A stretch of DNA of 64,000 bases from Lingula anatina (GCA_051362555.1 CM120641.1:45576401-45640400), one strand, 5' to 3'. Shown: positions 38,301-53,519, numbered from the stretch's first letter. Notes: generated from the letters alone by a model not told the origin. Numbers and translations are program-made.

Positions 38301-39729
38301 ATGAAACTTAATAGAAACTTTGTACAGAGGAGAAATTTAGGGCATAGGTCCATTTCGTAAAAAAAAATGCAGCTGCAAGTTTGGTACATGATGTGCTAGT
38401 TGATACACAAAGTAAATATTTTGTCTTGAAAGCAAAGCGATGAACCAACAAAAGCCAGAAAACCACAAAAAATTGTTATACACACAACCCTCCGCCCCCT
38501 CTGGTCGAAAAAGATAAACTCTAACACACTTCTTCCGTATCAAAATGTTTCTTCATATCTACTTTTTTTCTCACAGGTCATAGATGCTGTCAGTGCAAGT
38601 TTGCAATGTTTCTAAGTTTACCTGTTTCTATTTGTGCTTCGTCCACGTTTACCCAGAAATATGTCACACTCGTTTATAACGCGTGAACTGATGGTTGAGT
38701 GGAACCAGATGTACACAGCCTCGGAGTACACGCGCTTCCAGTTGGTATCGACGTGAGCGCCACGGGTCGTAGTTTCTGGGAAACCTCGTTAACGGGAGAT
38801 TTAAGTCAGTATCCCAAGATGAGATAGCTTTCCTCAAAGGAGAGGATCAGATTCACGACCCGTTTCACAACATGAAGCCCTTGTCTCCCGTGGTTTTATA
38901 TACGACGTTTTACCAAAGAATGGCAAACTTTGAGTGCCGCAGTTCGATTGCCCGACTCGGTTCGTTCAGCGCTGTTTTCAACGAAAACGTTGATTAAATC
39001 CTCTCTTCATGCAAAATCAAATTTCTCCTTATCTAATGTCTTTTCTTTTTTTCATGTGTCTGAGATCTCAAGTTCCAAAAGTTCCTTGAATGATGACAGA
39101 ATTCAATCTTTCACTCTGAACCCGGCGACCTCTACGTGTCCATTCAATAGCAACTGGAAAATTCAACTTGACGTTAATTTTCAGCGCTCATATTCTGAAT
39201 CCATTGTGAGATGAGGGAAATGGAACCTGACGGCTTTTTGATGGTTTATCTATTTTAGAGCGACCTTCCTGGCTCTATTGCTCTACCTTTGACGCCATAT
39301 TATGCATCTATTTCTGGCGGTGCGATCCAAAATAATTAGGACCACATCAATTCCTGTCAGCTTGGATTTCACCGCCAACTTGGCCGCTAAAATGTTTGTA
39401 AGTACGTCGAGATAGTATAAACAGCACTGGTTCTGTTAGCAAACGCAAAATCTTTTACCTTCGTGTCCTAATTTACAGGGATCTGATAACTTAAATGGTT
39501 TTATGTCCTTATTTCTCTTATGTTTTCTGGGCCTGATAATCATTGTTTTTCCCTTCACCGCATTACGTTTTCATTCCCAATGCAGCGTTTCTTGTGTACG
39601 CCTAACAAAGCTAATCGTCTAATGAAGCCCACGTCTTCTTGTGCCTTTTCCTGTTGCAATTCGTGAAGCGAGGGTTGCAATGAATTTTGAGCACGTGCCG
39701 CGGCCCGACCCGGGTGACGTTATGACGGC

Positions 39730-39742
39730 GGTTCACTGACCT
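39730..39742. promoter_or_regulatory. IR1 nuclear-receptor element GGTTCAcTGACCT
   Basis: Matches the RGKTCAnTGAMCY EcRE/FXRE consensus; CRE-like GGTGACGTTATGACGG immediately 5'. Confidence 0.5.
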
Positions 39743-42700
39743 TGCTAGACACCGTCTGTGCTCTATTCATCCGCGTTTTATTGACCAAAAGCAAAGCCAT
39801 AATATGCTGAGAAAATAGCCTCTAGTTCGACTGAGGTCAGGAGAAGAAAAAGAAGACGTATTTGAAGACACAAGATGTTCTGGAAGCCGTCTAATACAAT
39901 CGTGCTGCGTGATCTGACAGAATGTGACGACCGATCTACATAAAACCTTGCAGCGACGGCAAAATTACGATCTCGGATTATGAACATGCAACTTCATCGC
40001 TTCTTTTGCAAGACGACCTTCCCTCACCGCCCTTTTTGGTTTTCTTACCTAGCTCGATCACGCCTTCTTCTTTTTTCCCTTTTTTTATCATTACATACAT
40101 TCGTTTGTTTATCGGTGTTTACAGCAGTGTTCAAGTAGGGGGAGAGTTTTAAGTAGTAAAGGGGTAGTTAAATTATTTTACCTGTGTATTAGTATTCGGG
40201 TTTATCTTCCCCCTTCAAACGCACCTTGGGTATCATGTTATAAAGCTCCCGTATATGGCAGTGCCAGGCAACAATCATTAAACACAGGCGATGAAAAACA
40301 GCACCAGGCTAAAAAAATAGGCTGGCTTAATAACCTAAGACTGATCAAACAAGTAAAACCTCACTTCGTGCCTCTGCTCGCCTGCTTAGATATCAGGTAT
40401 TCGGTGAAATTGTTGGATTTCTTCAGTATACGAAAAGGGATGTCAGAGACAGTGTTTTCAATGGAGAAAATGGCGAAGAGTGCTTCAAATAATACAATTC
40501 TAAAGAAAAAGAAGTTGGGCTCTCTAAGTTGCAAAACCCGATTCAAATCAATGCAGTCTTTTGTGATAGGAAATGAAATTACAGAAAGCAATGTCCTTAT
40601 TAGGCGGTCTTCTTGGAGAGGTTTTTTTCGTAAAAATTAGAAAAAGCTAACATATATAGCTGGGTAAAGGAAAATATTTTTGTAAGTTGTGCGGTTTAAT
40701 TTTCAATGACGTTTTGTTACATGTATATTGCATTCACTAGAACAAGCCAAACAACAATGGCACACTTGACGTACGTTCAGGTCTTTGGCTGATCGTCACT
40801 GGTTCTCTAATTTCACCATACGCTACATCGACGATGTTTTTTTTTTTTATCACACGCACACGCACATTAAAGGGATAACAACTCTTAGTAAAATATCTAT
40901 ATTTCACAATAAATACATTGTAAACAACACATACAAATATAGTATATTCTGTTTTACCACAAAAAAAGCAGTTATAGCAATTAATCTGAAATCTGTGCTT
41001 GCCATCCGAATACGTGACCTCCATAGATAGCAATACTCTGCAATAATCCCTTAAGAGATAAAAAAAAAAAAACTTTTTAGAAAAAAACAGGGACTAACTT
41101 TGAACGTAGAAATGGATTCACTGACCATTGGTAAGTAGGGGTAAATTGCCGTTTACCTCAGGAAAATTATTTTTTGGCCAAATGAACAGTTGTTATCCCT
41201 TCAAGTTGTCTAAATTATACATGTATCTTTCCATCCTTCTCGGAGTCGTCATTCACATCATATAGGCGGCTTATACAGTAAGGCCACGCACATGTGATCG
41301 CACATTTTACCCAGCCTTCTCTTACTGAGAAATCTATTTCAAACAATTTACCACAAAGTTTAAGTGATTTGACGTCACCACCAAAACCATGTGCGGTCAG
41401 GTTTTTTTTTTTCATCTGACCTAATAATTTTTAAAAACTTTGACATTTACTTATAAATAGGCTTACCAGATTCGATTCGTCCTAAGGCATGCAAGAACCA
41501 GGAAATTGCTTTGGGGGATGATATTAAATAAAAATAGGCCGACCAACGCGTCAACTTAGAACTTTTGAGTCCGACGCAAACATCTTCATCAACTGAGCTG
41601 ATGGAACTGGACAAAATACACCCAGATATGACATGACAACCCACAAGAAACCACCCGTCAGAATTATCTGTCGTGTCTTAATTTCGGTGCAAAATGTGCT
41701 TGTCTTGCCACCAATATCTTTTCAAAGATCAGCTCAGCATTCCCCCTGAGTTGTTACCCGTGTTGAAGCAACAGTAGTAAACTGATCACAATGATAAGAA
41801 TGTTAGACAGCTGTCGTGGCGCTGATACCCAGTTCCCAGGAATGATAACCGTATATTTTGTGAACATAATCTCCCTGTTGAACAATCTCAGTAGATATGA
41901 GAGATAGAGATATCAGTGGTTTTCAAATATGAGTCACCTTGAGTTTCAGACTCAATCGGAAATTTTCCTTGGATTAACTATTATTGAAACTGCGTCGGAA
42001 AGCTTAGGCCGTGTTCAAGAAAACCAAAGACAAAGATCTGGAACTCGGAGTGGCTTGAGAGTCACGGAACGTACGTATGCCGTGGTATTGAAGCGGAGCA
42101 ATAAACCGTGAAATACACGCGTAATATTAACATCAATCACGCCCAGTCTACTCATTTTCGTGTGTTCTGCTCGTATATTATTCTATCCTATTGTTTGACT
42201 ATCAATTCCGTTTGTTTTCAGGTGTGCAGCTAATGTTTACAACACGGTAAATCATGGATCCATCCATTGTTTGTATTACGGCATTGGGTTACCAATTCTG
42301 ACACCGAGCAGGGAGCAGGAATGCTTCAAAGGCTCTTTCACAATACTTTCAAAAGGCAAGGTGAATACTTTAGGTCGACCACTTAATACAAATGAATTTT
42401 GATATTTCGAGAAAGGAGAAATTTTGAAAAATTGCGTAAAACAGGCGGTTGGTTTTGAAAAGAGTAATGGCCAGAGAATATGCTATGCTATATGTTTTCA
42501 GAGAATAAAGTCGTCAGGCCATGTCAAAGAAGTGTAGTCCCATGGACAGTTTCTTTCTTTCTTTTCATATTTCATGTTGGACATTTTAGATATCTGGTCC
42601 CATTGTTGCATGAATGAAGACCTGGCACTGGTCATGATCTGATGTCATTGTAGTATGTGAACAATCTTTTACTTGTGTCCATCAGTTGGTTTTGGAGACA

Positions 42701-44973
42701 CCCCGCACATGCTCAGAATATCGATCTAACCTATCGTTTATGTATATAAGAAGATATCGATATTTAAAAGATATGTGTCTTAAACATGGCTAACACACTG
42801 AAAATGTATCATACCAAAGGGAAAGATGTAGTGATAGTGAACAAAATTTTGTATGCCTCTGGCAATAAGGTTAAGATTTTGAAAATTGACAGCAACTTTT
42901 GCTTTCTCAATAAAGACAAATCGAAAGAAACGAATACTGATCTTGTGCAACATTAATCAAAATACTATAATGTTTTAAGACGAACCATTTGGCAACATTT
43001 AATAGCATTCCACGGGGCACTTTTCAATAAACTCTATACTTTTCAGTACGGGTTTCTGAAAAGAAAGTGCGATGTTTTCGTATTGGGGTCTCTAATATGA
43101 TCAGTCTTGGTTTCTCGCAGTAAAATAAACTGACGCAGCGGTTAATCTGTTCGCAATACACTGGTGACGTAACGGGCGGGTATAACACGCGTCTGACAGC
43201 ATACCTCAATCGTCTGCTCGCTGGGGGTCAATTATGATACACCTCAGGTAAGCATATGCCTTCACTGCAAAATATCACGTCCGGTCATTTTCTGCGGTTA
43301 TTGTCTCTTTGAGGTCGCTAAAAATTTACCTTATGAAAGATTCTTGACCGTAGCTAGGCATTATGCGCACTCCAAGAGTTTATTTGGAGAACAATTGATG
43401 AAAGATTCACAGTCCGTTGACATTTTATTCACCACAGTGTTTGGAAACAGACGAAAATACTTAACTGTTGTTTCGCCCGTAGCAAAACTAGATATTGATA
43501 CTTCAAAGAAACTGGTCTACTTTTGTTTCACATTCTCGTTATCGCTGAAAACCACTATGAAATGGAAACTATCTTACCTGAAATTAGCAACACCGTTGAA
43601 AAGGACAAAGTATCTATAGCTCGCAGTTTCTTCTTCTTTTTCTTCTTCTTCTGTTTCTATTTTTTCATCTTTTGCAACTGCTAAGAGCAAGGTTTGGTTA
43701 CGAATTGCTGCATTGCCTCAGAACTCCTTCAACCCTGCTTCTCCTCTATGGTGAATGAACATCAACAAACCGTGTTTTTTCTTATATTCTTTACAGGCGT
43801 CAGGCCCTGCCCTGCGGAGAATCAGTCTTAGAAATGGGAGAAAAAAGTAAAGCCGATTGCCAATTTGTCGGCTTAGGATCTCTCGGAAACGACACTAGGA
43901 ATCTTGTAGGTAATTTGTAGATTATCGCTGGTGAAGCCGTGTATCTACTTATGTGCTCGGGGATTAGCGAGGCCGCCGCCGCTGGTGTTCAGATAGGTCT
44001 CGGAGGCACCTGGCCGAGCGAGTGACGGATGAAAGTACCTGAACGGTTTCGAGGGGTTGCTCTGACGAAATCCACGGGTCACCTCACAGGTCAACGGTGT
44101 GGAGCGTTTCTTAAGATACGTTGAAATAGCGCCTGTAGTCTACGACACCATGGCCATATTAGAGATTATTGAACTGTAATATGGCCAGCTTTATAACATG
44201 TAAATCGAGATCACACAGCTTGCTGCCGACTTTTATAAGACCCGGCATGCTGCCAATATTTTCACCCTTTTTTTTAAAGGCCCAGGTACAAGGTTGTGGC
44301 ATAGGTTTACCATTACTTGTTCACTTCTAAGCTGCAGCCTTTAAAAAAAAACAGTAGAATTTCGAATGGCATATGCAAATGTAAGCATTTACAAATGCAA
44401 TGATGGTCATTCCTCCATGTCCGGTCACTCTCAACACAATCCTGGGTATGGACACGCCTGACCAGATGACCGCTGACCACGGCCATTACCGCACCAATAT
44501 CACAGTGCTGTCTGCAAAGCTGACGTGTTTTGATAAAGTCAACGACCGTCATGGCAAACAAGTTCAAGGATAACAGTCGGTTCCCTGCCCATTTCCGACC
44601 AATGGTGGACAAAAGGGCGTGAAGAGGACATCATTAGACTAACAACCGAGGTGAAAAATGCTATCCGATCATTATCTCGCTCAGCAGCTGGTAAAGTCGT
44701 CTTCCTTGTGTACGTGCACGTGGCCAGCTTTTCAGCCGTCAACCGGCAAGCCGTTTTGCTTTAATCATTAGAATGCGTGCAGGCTATTTCTTTGTGGTCG
44801 AAACATCCGAGATAAGAGGAGAGAAATGTGTATTGCACAGCCCGCGTTGTTTCGTCAAGTTTTGGTAAAAGCCTGTCGATTCTTATTTTTGTTATATGTA
44901 TCAAGATACCTTTCGAACCTGAAGAACCTTGAATGTCTTAGCAGAAAACCCCTCAAGTTACTACTGAGCTAGC

Positions 44974-45006
<33 letters not shown>

Positions 45007-47876
45007 ACAGGTTACAAAAGGCTGCATCACCATTACATGCAAACACCCGCCTTTAAAACCCTAACCCTAAGCAAGTATTAATTTCAGCCAAGCTGTCCAA
45101 AACACGTTTTCAACTTTTGAACCTGTCAACCGCAGGCTTGTGCTGCGCTGATGTAAACACACAAACGCGACAACTTATGGTTACGTGGTCAAACACTTAT
45201 TTAATATTATAGCAAAAAAATAAAAAAGCCAACAATCCTTTTCTTTTATCTCCGATGACGCTAGCCAGTTAATGTTAGGAGGGCGGACGTCTTGAGTCAA
45301 GGGGAATAGCACACATATGTTATTGCCTTTGATGCGCAAAATGCTGCAAATCGCGGCATTAATCGTTCACGTCACGACAATTACGTGGAGTAATACCGAC
45401 ACAGGGAGGTAGACAGCTTTGGCAAGCTTCCGCGCACGTATTTCCTACAGTCTTAAGTTATATTATTATTTCTTAACATGTATATTTATACTAGAATATA
45501 CGCGCGACAAAAACATTGTTAATAACACGATATAACGTGCTTATGAAGATACCAACGCGAAGAGACAAAAATATTACAATCTTATCCCTATAAAAGATAA
45601 AGAGAATAAAAACCAAGCATCTACCTAAGAGGAGACCGTATATATTGTACGAGGTTAGCTTTCAAAGAAATATATTGCAATGACAACCATACCATGAATA
45701 TGATAAAACATATCATCGATTCCTCTATGGTGTATTAATTGATGTTTCCACAACATCTTAAAAAAAAAAAAAATTAAAAAGAAAGAAAGAGAAAAAAAAC
45801 GGACTCTCAAAGACGTGCTAAACGTTTGACCTAATTAGCGACCTAAGCGTCTGCGCAGTAATACCGCATAAGATCAGCGTAAGTGAACATCACCGCGGGT
45901 GGGCGATGCACGGCTGATGAGACAAAATAGATCTATAATAAAAGGCACTTTTCCATATTCCCAGATTGTTATCATTATGTGGCCTGGTGATCTGCGTAAC
46001 ACACACGAAGTGTTATAAATACGAACCACGTGGCGCTGCCCTCAAAATGCTCAAACCAATGTTTGGTTTATGGTTCCAATGGCACCCAAGCTGCCAAACG
46101 TTTCTCTCGTAGTGTGTGTTTGTGTATAGAGTTTGCGTAGGTGAGACGCTTTAGGTCGGTCGATCAGGCGACCTCAGGCAGTCCTCAATCGCAGCTAAAT
46201 GCATGCGTCCCATGCTGCGTTCCCATTAGTCGAGGTAAAGTTAAATCACCTACCGCGGCATGGGCTAAAACCTGACCAAAGCCGGTTTACAGCTCAAGCT
46301 TCGAGGTCAAGCCGAGCACGGCGGCAGCACAAAGATTACCAGAACACCAGAGAGATAATTAAGGAACTTCTCTGAAGGGATCAGAGCAATCTCAAAAGGA
46401 TAAACTAGTATATGAGATAACCAAGCACCATACTGAATGGGTCTTACAGAGGTTCATGAACATTCTAAGAAATATGTATTTCTGTTAAATTTGTCCATTT
46501 TTTATATTTAACTGCTTCTTATCTTATCGTTAAAAAGGTTTTTCTGAATAAAAATTCGTATAAATTTTGACATTGAATTACTGTAGCATTAGAGGCAGTC
46601 GTACAAACCGATTTTGTGTCTTGTCTTAATTTCCAAAACGCAACTTGTCTTTTTAAAGCTTGTAAAGTCATTGTCCGTGAACCTGTAAGCGTAATTCTGT
46701 AGGATAGCAAGTCCTTACGCCAGCTACAGATCCAGCTGTGGATACCTCAACTTAGCTAATCAACGATATTCAGATTTACGTGTATAAAAGATTATGACTT
46801 CAATTGGCGCCTTAGGTGCATGCATCATGAAGGCAATGTAACAATTTATCAAGGCGAGAATGTTCTTCGTAGTTCTACTCAGTTTCTTTATTTGCACAGT
46901 GCCCGAGACCTTACTACCGACTTCGTAAAAAAGTTAATCTATTTTTTTTCGACATCTCATTTTAAAAGAAGTTATGATTTTATATAAAGAAACAAGAACA
47001 TGGCACATACAATCCAACATGCCTTTTTATGTATACATTTAAAAGACGTGTTCGAGGGGTGTTGTCCAAATATGTTATATCATCGTATACAAGGTGAAGC
47101 CCTAATAAAACTACAGAAGATAATTTTAGTATCTGCTGTGTACAATGTAACCAAGAAAATAAAACCACTTCCTGTTTTCTGATGGGCATATTGTACTTTT
47201 ATGTTTGCATCAAGTAAATCTTTACTCTAATACATACTGTAGAATGAATTTTCATATGCTGAGCCAACTATTAAGTTAAACAGCATGGTTATCAAATTTA
47301 AATAATAGAATCTTAGCAATCGATTTATATGTTTCGTTTTGTGTTGACCAAAAAGAAGAAGAATTTGATTTGTGGTCATATGAGGTCAGGGTGGACACTG
47401 ATATTCAATAAAAAAAACAAGCCAAGAAGCAGTTCTGAGATTTGTAGGGCTCATATACCTGCAGTCGAGGTCATTACATTGTATTTACCTTGTGACCATC
47501 TTAAGCCAAACAAGCATGACAAGAACTCTTCTGCCCCAGGAAACAGTACTCCGAGGATTTCCTTTCCAGACCCTTGCTCTTTCAATAATATGATATTCTA
47601 TTTGCTAAGCCTGTCCATAGCGAAGCTCTGAGGTTTAATACGCATATTCATGTGCATCGACTTTCACTTTTTGTTGAACTCAGGAAGATGCAGAAAGTGT
47701 TTTAACAGTGCTTATATGCATAACGTCGCGGCTGAATATTAGATTGTTGGAGATTTCACTTGCCTTAAATGAGCACAGAGGGGAAAGGACGGTTATCATT
47801 CCCAATATGAATAATACAGAAATGTCGCTTTACAACATAAGAGGTGGATTTGCAGGGGGGAAGGGGGGCAGAAACA

Positions 47877-47916
47877 CCCAATATCCATGTGAAATTCCCA
47901 ATATCCATGTGAAATT
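47877..47916. repeat. 20-bp perfect tandem duplication (cccaatatccatgtgaaatt x2)
   Basis: Direct reading. Confidence 0.9.
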
Positions 47917-49357
47917 GGGGGGTGGGGTATTAGGTTTTCAACAAATTTTTTGAGGAAAATTTGTAATCGTCTGATCATAATTATTCAACAATGTCCATCG
48001 TTTAACACAAGGACTGGCTTTCGTGTCTTTTCATCCAACTGCCAGAGTTCTTTACTGAAATGTGTAAAAGTGAATCACAAACAGTGAACAAAAACTGGCA
48101 AGGCTAGTTTGATATCATGTCAAGCAATATATATCGTGTAAATGTCCATTAATTACCTGGAATTCTCAGCCTCTGCTCGTTGTCTGTCCTGCGGCCAAAC
48201 AAGAGAAGTTCATGCAACTGAAGTGAATTCAGGCAGTCGCACGTAAATAATCATTTGCACAGCATTGCTTTGGTTCGAAATGCAAGAGAGAAAAAATTGA
48301 GTTCGATCAACCAATTTGGTGAAACTTGACTACCTTCATATATTGAGTAGCGAAAGCAATTTGTGCCGATGGAATAACGTTCAGTCGACATCTCTCTCCA
48401 ATCAAAGTAATTCCCCTCTCTGGCAACTATAAGTTAAATATTTTCCGCGGTTCATCCGCCGTCTTTTGCAATTCTACTCTCGTATATTGGCTTTCCAAAT
48501 TGGCTGAAGATGATGGCCGCAAGGTTTAACCATGGGATTTCAAAAGCACAGCATGGGGAACTTGTGCCGTGCCGTTGTATTAGAGAGAGAGAGAGAGAGA
48601 GAGAGAGAAGGGAGAGAGAGAGGGAGAGAGAGAGGGGGCATATAAACATAAACTATAACATTACTTCATTTTCTTCCATCAGTTTAATCAGTGCTGGCTT
48701 TCAAAAAGTAAGACAATAAAGCAATGAAATCAATCAAGATTGCTTTACGGCTTTGTTGGTGCGTTCACAAAGGGCGATTTATTTTCATTTTCTCAAAATT
48801 TTCAGCCAACCTGAACCTTGTTAAAAGGGAAATTTGTATTCTTCTATGACACATTAAACAGCCAGTGATTGCTGACAGACCTTTTTACAGTATAATCACT
48901 GATGTTCTACACGTAAAGGTACATGCAGTATATATATATATATATATATACGACAAAACATAAAAGGGATATAACCTCAAGAACTTACTTCCATCAATTT
49001 AGGAATACATGTAGGCGTGTGTTTTACTGGAAGTCCTATTTCCAATGGTTTTACGATATTCCGTTTCTCTTCCTCTGTGAGTCTCGAGGCAGAGATTTCA
49101 TACGTCAGACAAAATTTACCGCAATGCACTTTCACACGCAACCTAGCAGTGGTTATAGATAAGACGGCCAATAAACCACTGTATTTTCTTGCGTTTCTCT
49201 GTTCTTTTTTATTTCATTTTATCGTTTTGCTACTTCCTTTTTCGTAAGCAAATATTATTTCACGTGGCTATCATCAATCTTTTGCGTAGATTTAGCCGAT
49301 ATAAGACCGCAGCACGTGGTAGGGTTAAAAACTGGTTGACGTATGTATGTACCGGTA

Positions 49358-49398
<41 letters not shown>

Positions 49399-52300
49399 AC
49401 TGGCTCCGTGATAAGCGGCTTTTCTTTACGTAGATAACATGTTGTAAAAATCCCCAAATCCCGATGTTTTTCGCTGTATTTTGCCACACTGTTTACTGGA
49501 CACCAATCAACGTGATCAGTCAGAGCACAAGGCATTACTACATACTTCTATATTCACCTAGCAGGATCAAAAGGTGAGGTGGGCGCGTCTATACTTCCAA
49601 AAAAACACGAGTAAATCTGCAAGCAAGTCAGAAACCTGTGTTTTGTAGGGATTTATAAGGAAGGCTTCAAATGAACAAACACGTTGTTTATCAAGTTACC
49701 AAAGACGAAATAACGCCTGAAAGCATAAGAAACTCATAGAAAATATTGTGCTGAATGAGTAGGTAACAGTGCCACTCATATGGCGTGTCTAATACAGGGT
49801 GTTCCGGAAATCTGCAATAATGCTCCTTATGTCAAACCGATCGCGTAACCCTGAGTTTCACAGCTCTGATGGTGACTTTCCTTACCCAGTATATTTCCAT
49901 TCATGTCTGTCTTATTTTTTTGTTTGCCACTATATTTCCTATCATGCTAACACCCTGCGAATCAAATTCTACATCTGAACAATATATTCACACACAAAAC
50001 CTCTTTACCTGAACATCCAAACGAAAATATGGAACACGAAGAAATGTAGAATTTCAATTGAATAAAACCCAGGAAATGTGTGTATTCATAAAGCAAATAC
50101 CTGTATGATCTGAATGTTAAGAGTCCTATGGTTGGCGTGTTTGATCAGTACTCTGGGGAACGCTGGTAACCGTGGATAGTCATATAAAAACCTTTCCTTA
50201 ACAGTAGACTGTCACTCATACAACGATGTGAAGTAATATAACACAGAAAAAAAGATGTCGAAAGTATGACATATAGAGCTGGTGCCAGTTTCTAAGTTGT
50301 TCTCGAAAAATCCACGTCCACACAACATGACCAGTTATAATAGCTGACATAGGTTAAGGTGGGACTACGCACCTTCGTTTATTTCATGTAAAGTAAGTTC
50401 CATTGAGTTTCAAATCCACATCTTATAAATATTACAAAACTAGAAAAGATTTCACTGTAAGCATGTGCAGTGTCATTTGTCTTGTTCATGATGCTGAAGG
50501 GGCGTGCGGTTTTTCATCTTTTGTTAATTAAACCATTTCACACTTCATGTAGGTGCGTCACGTGTCTTTCTACATGTATTTTAAAGCATAATTTGCATTC
50601 AATGTGTGTCATGTTGATGTAAGTTTGAATTTATTCTCTTTAGTTACTGCTTTTGATAAAATTAACAGTTGCAAATGTTTAGCATATAAAACAGTGCCTC
50701 AAAAAGTCGAATGCAAGATAGAATTCCCACAAAAGACATTCCAATCTTGTAAAATCTTTTGCAATAGTGTTTTATCCGTGTATGCATTGGTTTCCTTTTA
50801 TTGCATGGTTGAGACTATGCTGAGAACGTCGAGTGATTTAAATTGACTATAATTTCCTTAGTTCTTTTTTTACATATAATATACTTTCCCTTGGGCCGTT
50901 GACCAATACCCTTAAAACCGGGTGGTTCGCCTCTATACCTTTCAAATATCTTTCTGCTTTGCTGTCTTAGTATTGAAATCACTTTATGATATTACCATAT
51001 ACCACCTAAGTCTCTCTCACTGATCACTATTTAACAAATTGGCATATAGTATATTGAGGGCGGTATTGTGTGGTATCGTTTTCTGACATATCTTTAAGAT
51101 GCAACGTTATAAACATGTGATATAGTTTATTATGTACCCACTAGTCTTCTGCTTGTATGGAGTGAATTCACAGACAAAGACAAAGACTTTCATTTTACAT
51201 TTACAATTGTTTCAATGTTTCAAAACAATTTTGTCATTAAACAACTCCTGTGCAATTTAATTCGACTAATTATGTTTGGTAATCCCAAGATCGCCACCTA
51301 TAGGGGAGGCTGAAAACAAAAGCCTTTTATTTAAAGATTTCCTTGAACATAAGTTTCTTTGAATCCCTTCGGCACCACATCCTCACGATATGATCCGCTT
51401 CTAACCTTTCAGTTTATGTTAAACATTTGATAGCGTAGTACTAGAGCTTGTGACTTAAGAAAGGCGATTATATTCGCGCGACATCGTCTTACGGATTTGC
51501 CAATGGGAAATGCGCTTGCGTCAGACTGGATTTCACGAGAATGCTATCACTCGTGGAGGCGTGAAAAGCAGGCATAAGTGTTCAAGGACAGGGGGGTATC
51601 CGATAACATCCGAGGCGTGACGCATACGATGCCGGATCACAGTATTTGAGAGAGAGAGGGAGACAGAGAGTCAAATAAATGGTGAATATAAGGTACATGT
51701 AATACCGGTAGATGCATCTGAAAACAATGCTACGAGAACCAATCACTAAATCACAATGTCTGTGCCAAGAGGGTTTCAAAAGTTTATTTCGCCCTCTGAC
51801 TCAGTCATCCCATTTACTTTGGCTAACGGGACCATCAGCGCGTTTGTTATGTACACTATCCCCTGATCCCTGACCCGGGGTCGCAGAGATGCTCGTTTGC
51901 GTTCCCTTAATCATCGTCCCAGGGCGCCGGGCAGCATCGACACATTAATTACGCGAAAATATATGTCTTTTTAACCAGAGGTGTTGCGTTGCGGGGAAAA
52001 TATAATACGTGTTCAGTGTTCATATATTTGTTGATCTGTATTCCTGGAAATGACGAATGTTAACCTTTTTTGTATTTTATTGTTCTTTCTGTTTGGTGCT
52101 GTATCTTTCTTTTTAATTCAGCTTATTTCTTCAATCTAATTCGGGTGAGGTGGTGGCGTAGTGTTTGGTGGTATGGATTGAAACGGCATTTTACTTGTTT
52201 TTGCTTTTTTATGCTCTCACAAGGATTTGAAGAAAGGAAAAATATAGAGTATTTTTATTCACTATTTCATCGGATAAGTAATTTTTTCGTAAAATAACTG

Positions 52301-53493
52301 TTTTTACTCTTTAAGTTAGTATGAAAACAAAAGACATTTCCGACAATCTTACAATTTTACCATTCATCTCCTGAAAATAAAAACAGACCAGTAATCCCAA
52401 AGTTTTATAAAATTCCAAAATAACTGAGTTTGAAAAAAAATAGTTTTATTCTTTGCTTGACCCCGAGTCTAAACCAGACTAATTATCAAATTACGCGTCC
52501 ACAAAACCAAGTTCACTCCAAGTTCAAGCTACCGACACAATAAGCTTAGAGGGGCAGGAGGAACGCCTGCCACGATCAGATGATCAAAAAGTTGATGTCA
52601 GAAGATAAGTTTACATTAAGTCAGAAACAGAGCAGACACAACGCAGGCTTTTCGGTTCACTTCCAGTTCTTCCCCTCGCCTCACCATGTTTGGTGCGGCT
52701 CGGCTCGGGTTCGATAGGATTGCTTCTGACAGGGCTGAATGGGGTTCCCGGCAATAATTTCGAAGCCTGGGGTAAGGCTACAAATTCACTCTAATCAGTT
52801 CCAAGTGGCATCCATGTAAAAATAATCTGGAAGATTTAAAATTTCCTGTGCAAGGCCCTTAATCTGCGATTTTGTCATAAAGATCTCCTCAGCAATTGGC
52901 TCAGGCTAGCTGGCTAGATCTCCGCTCTCCACAGCGTCCTTCGTAACTGACGACTCCGTCGAACACAGCAAGAGTTGAGTTACGGATGTGAACGTCACTG
53001 TCACCGAGCTCTTCGAGCTTCATATTTTTCAGTTAATTCAGGAATTAATTGGGAACTCAGAGCGTTCCTTCCTGTATGAATTTTCACATTTGTAAGTCGG
53101 GTCAATGTGACAGAGCAGTAAAGCCGCACGAGATGAAGAGTACTTCAAAGCACAGATTACTCAGTGTGTGTTCTCCATATTATCTGATACATATTAGAGC
53201 CCCTTTCCTCTTCACACTATTTCATACCTGCACTGCAGAACACACGCAATGAACATTCCCAATTTTAAGTACATTACAAGCAAGCACTGGCGTGATGCGT
53301 GGTTTTCTTCCAGAAGATAATAAGACGAGTCGAACGGAGATCTCCTCATTACCTTATGATTTAGTGCTCGAATAATTTCCTCTGCCTCTGCGAGCTTTCA
53401 CAATGAAAAACTGAGCCATTGACATCATTGGAAACACGGCGAGCAGTATTTGCGTTCGGGTGACGCATGCGGCGGCGGTAAATTGATTGATTG

Positions 53494-53519
53494 AGGTCAA
53501 CTGGGGTCATTCAAGGTCA
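53494..53519 (+). promoter_or_regulatory. Triple half-site DR4-DR4 element AGGTCAactgGGGTCAttcaAGGTCA
   Basis: Three perfect RGGTCA hexamers at a 10-bp period. Confidence 0.6.

Noticed and set aside
44076-44093. GGGTCA-n6-AGGTCA (DR6)
   Set aside because: Non-canonical spacing; two half-sites alone are plausible by chance.
45057-45070. Two CCCTAA telomere-like units
   Set aside because: Too short to be meaningful.
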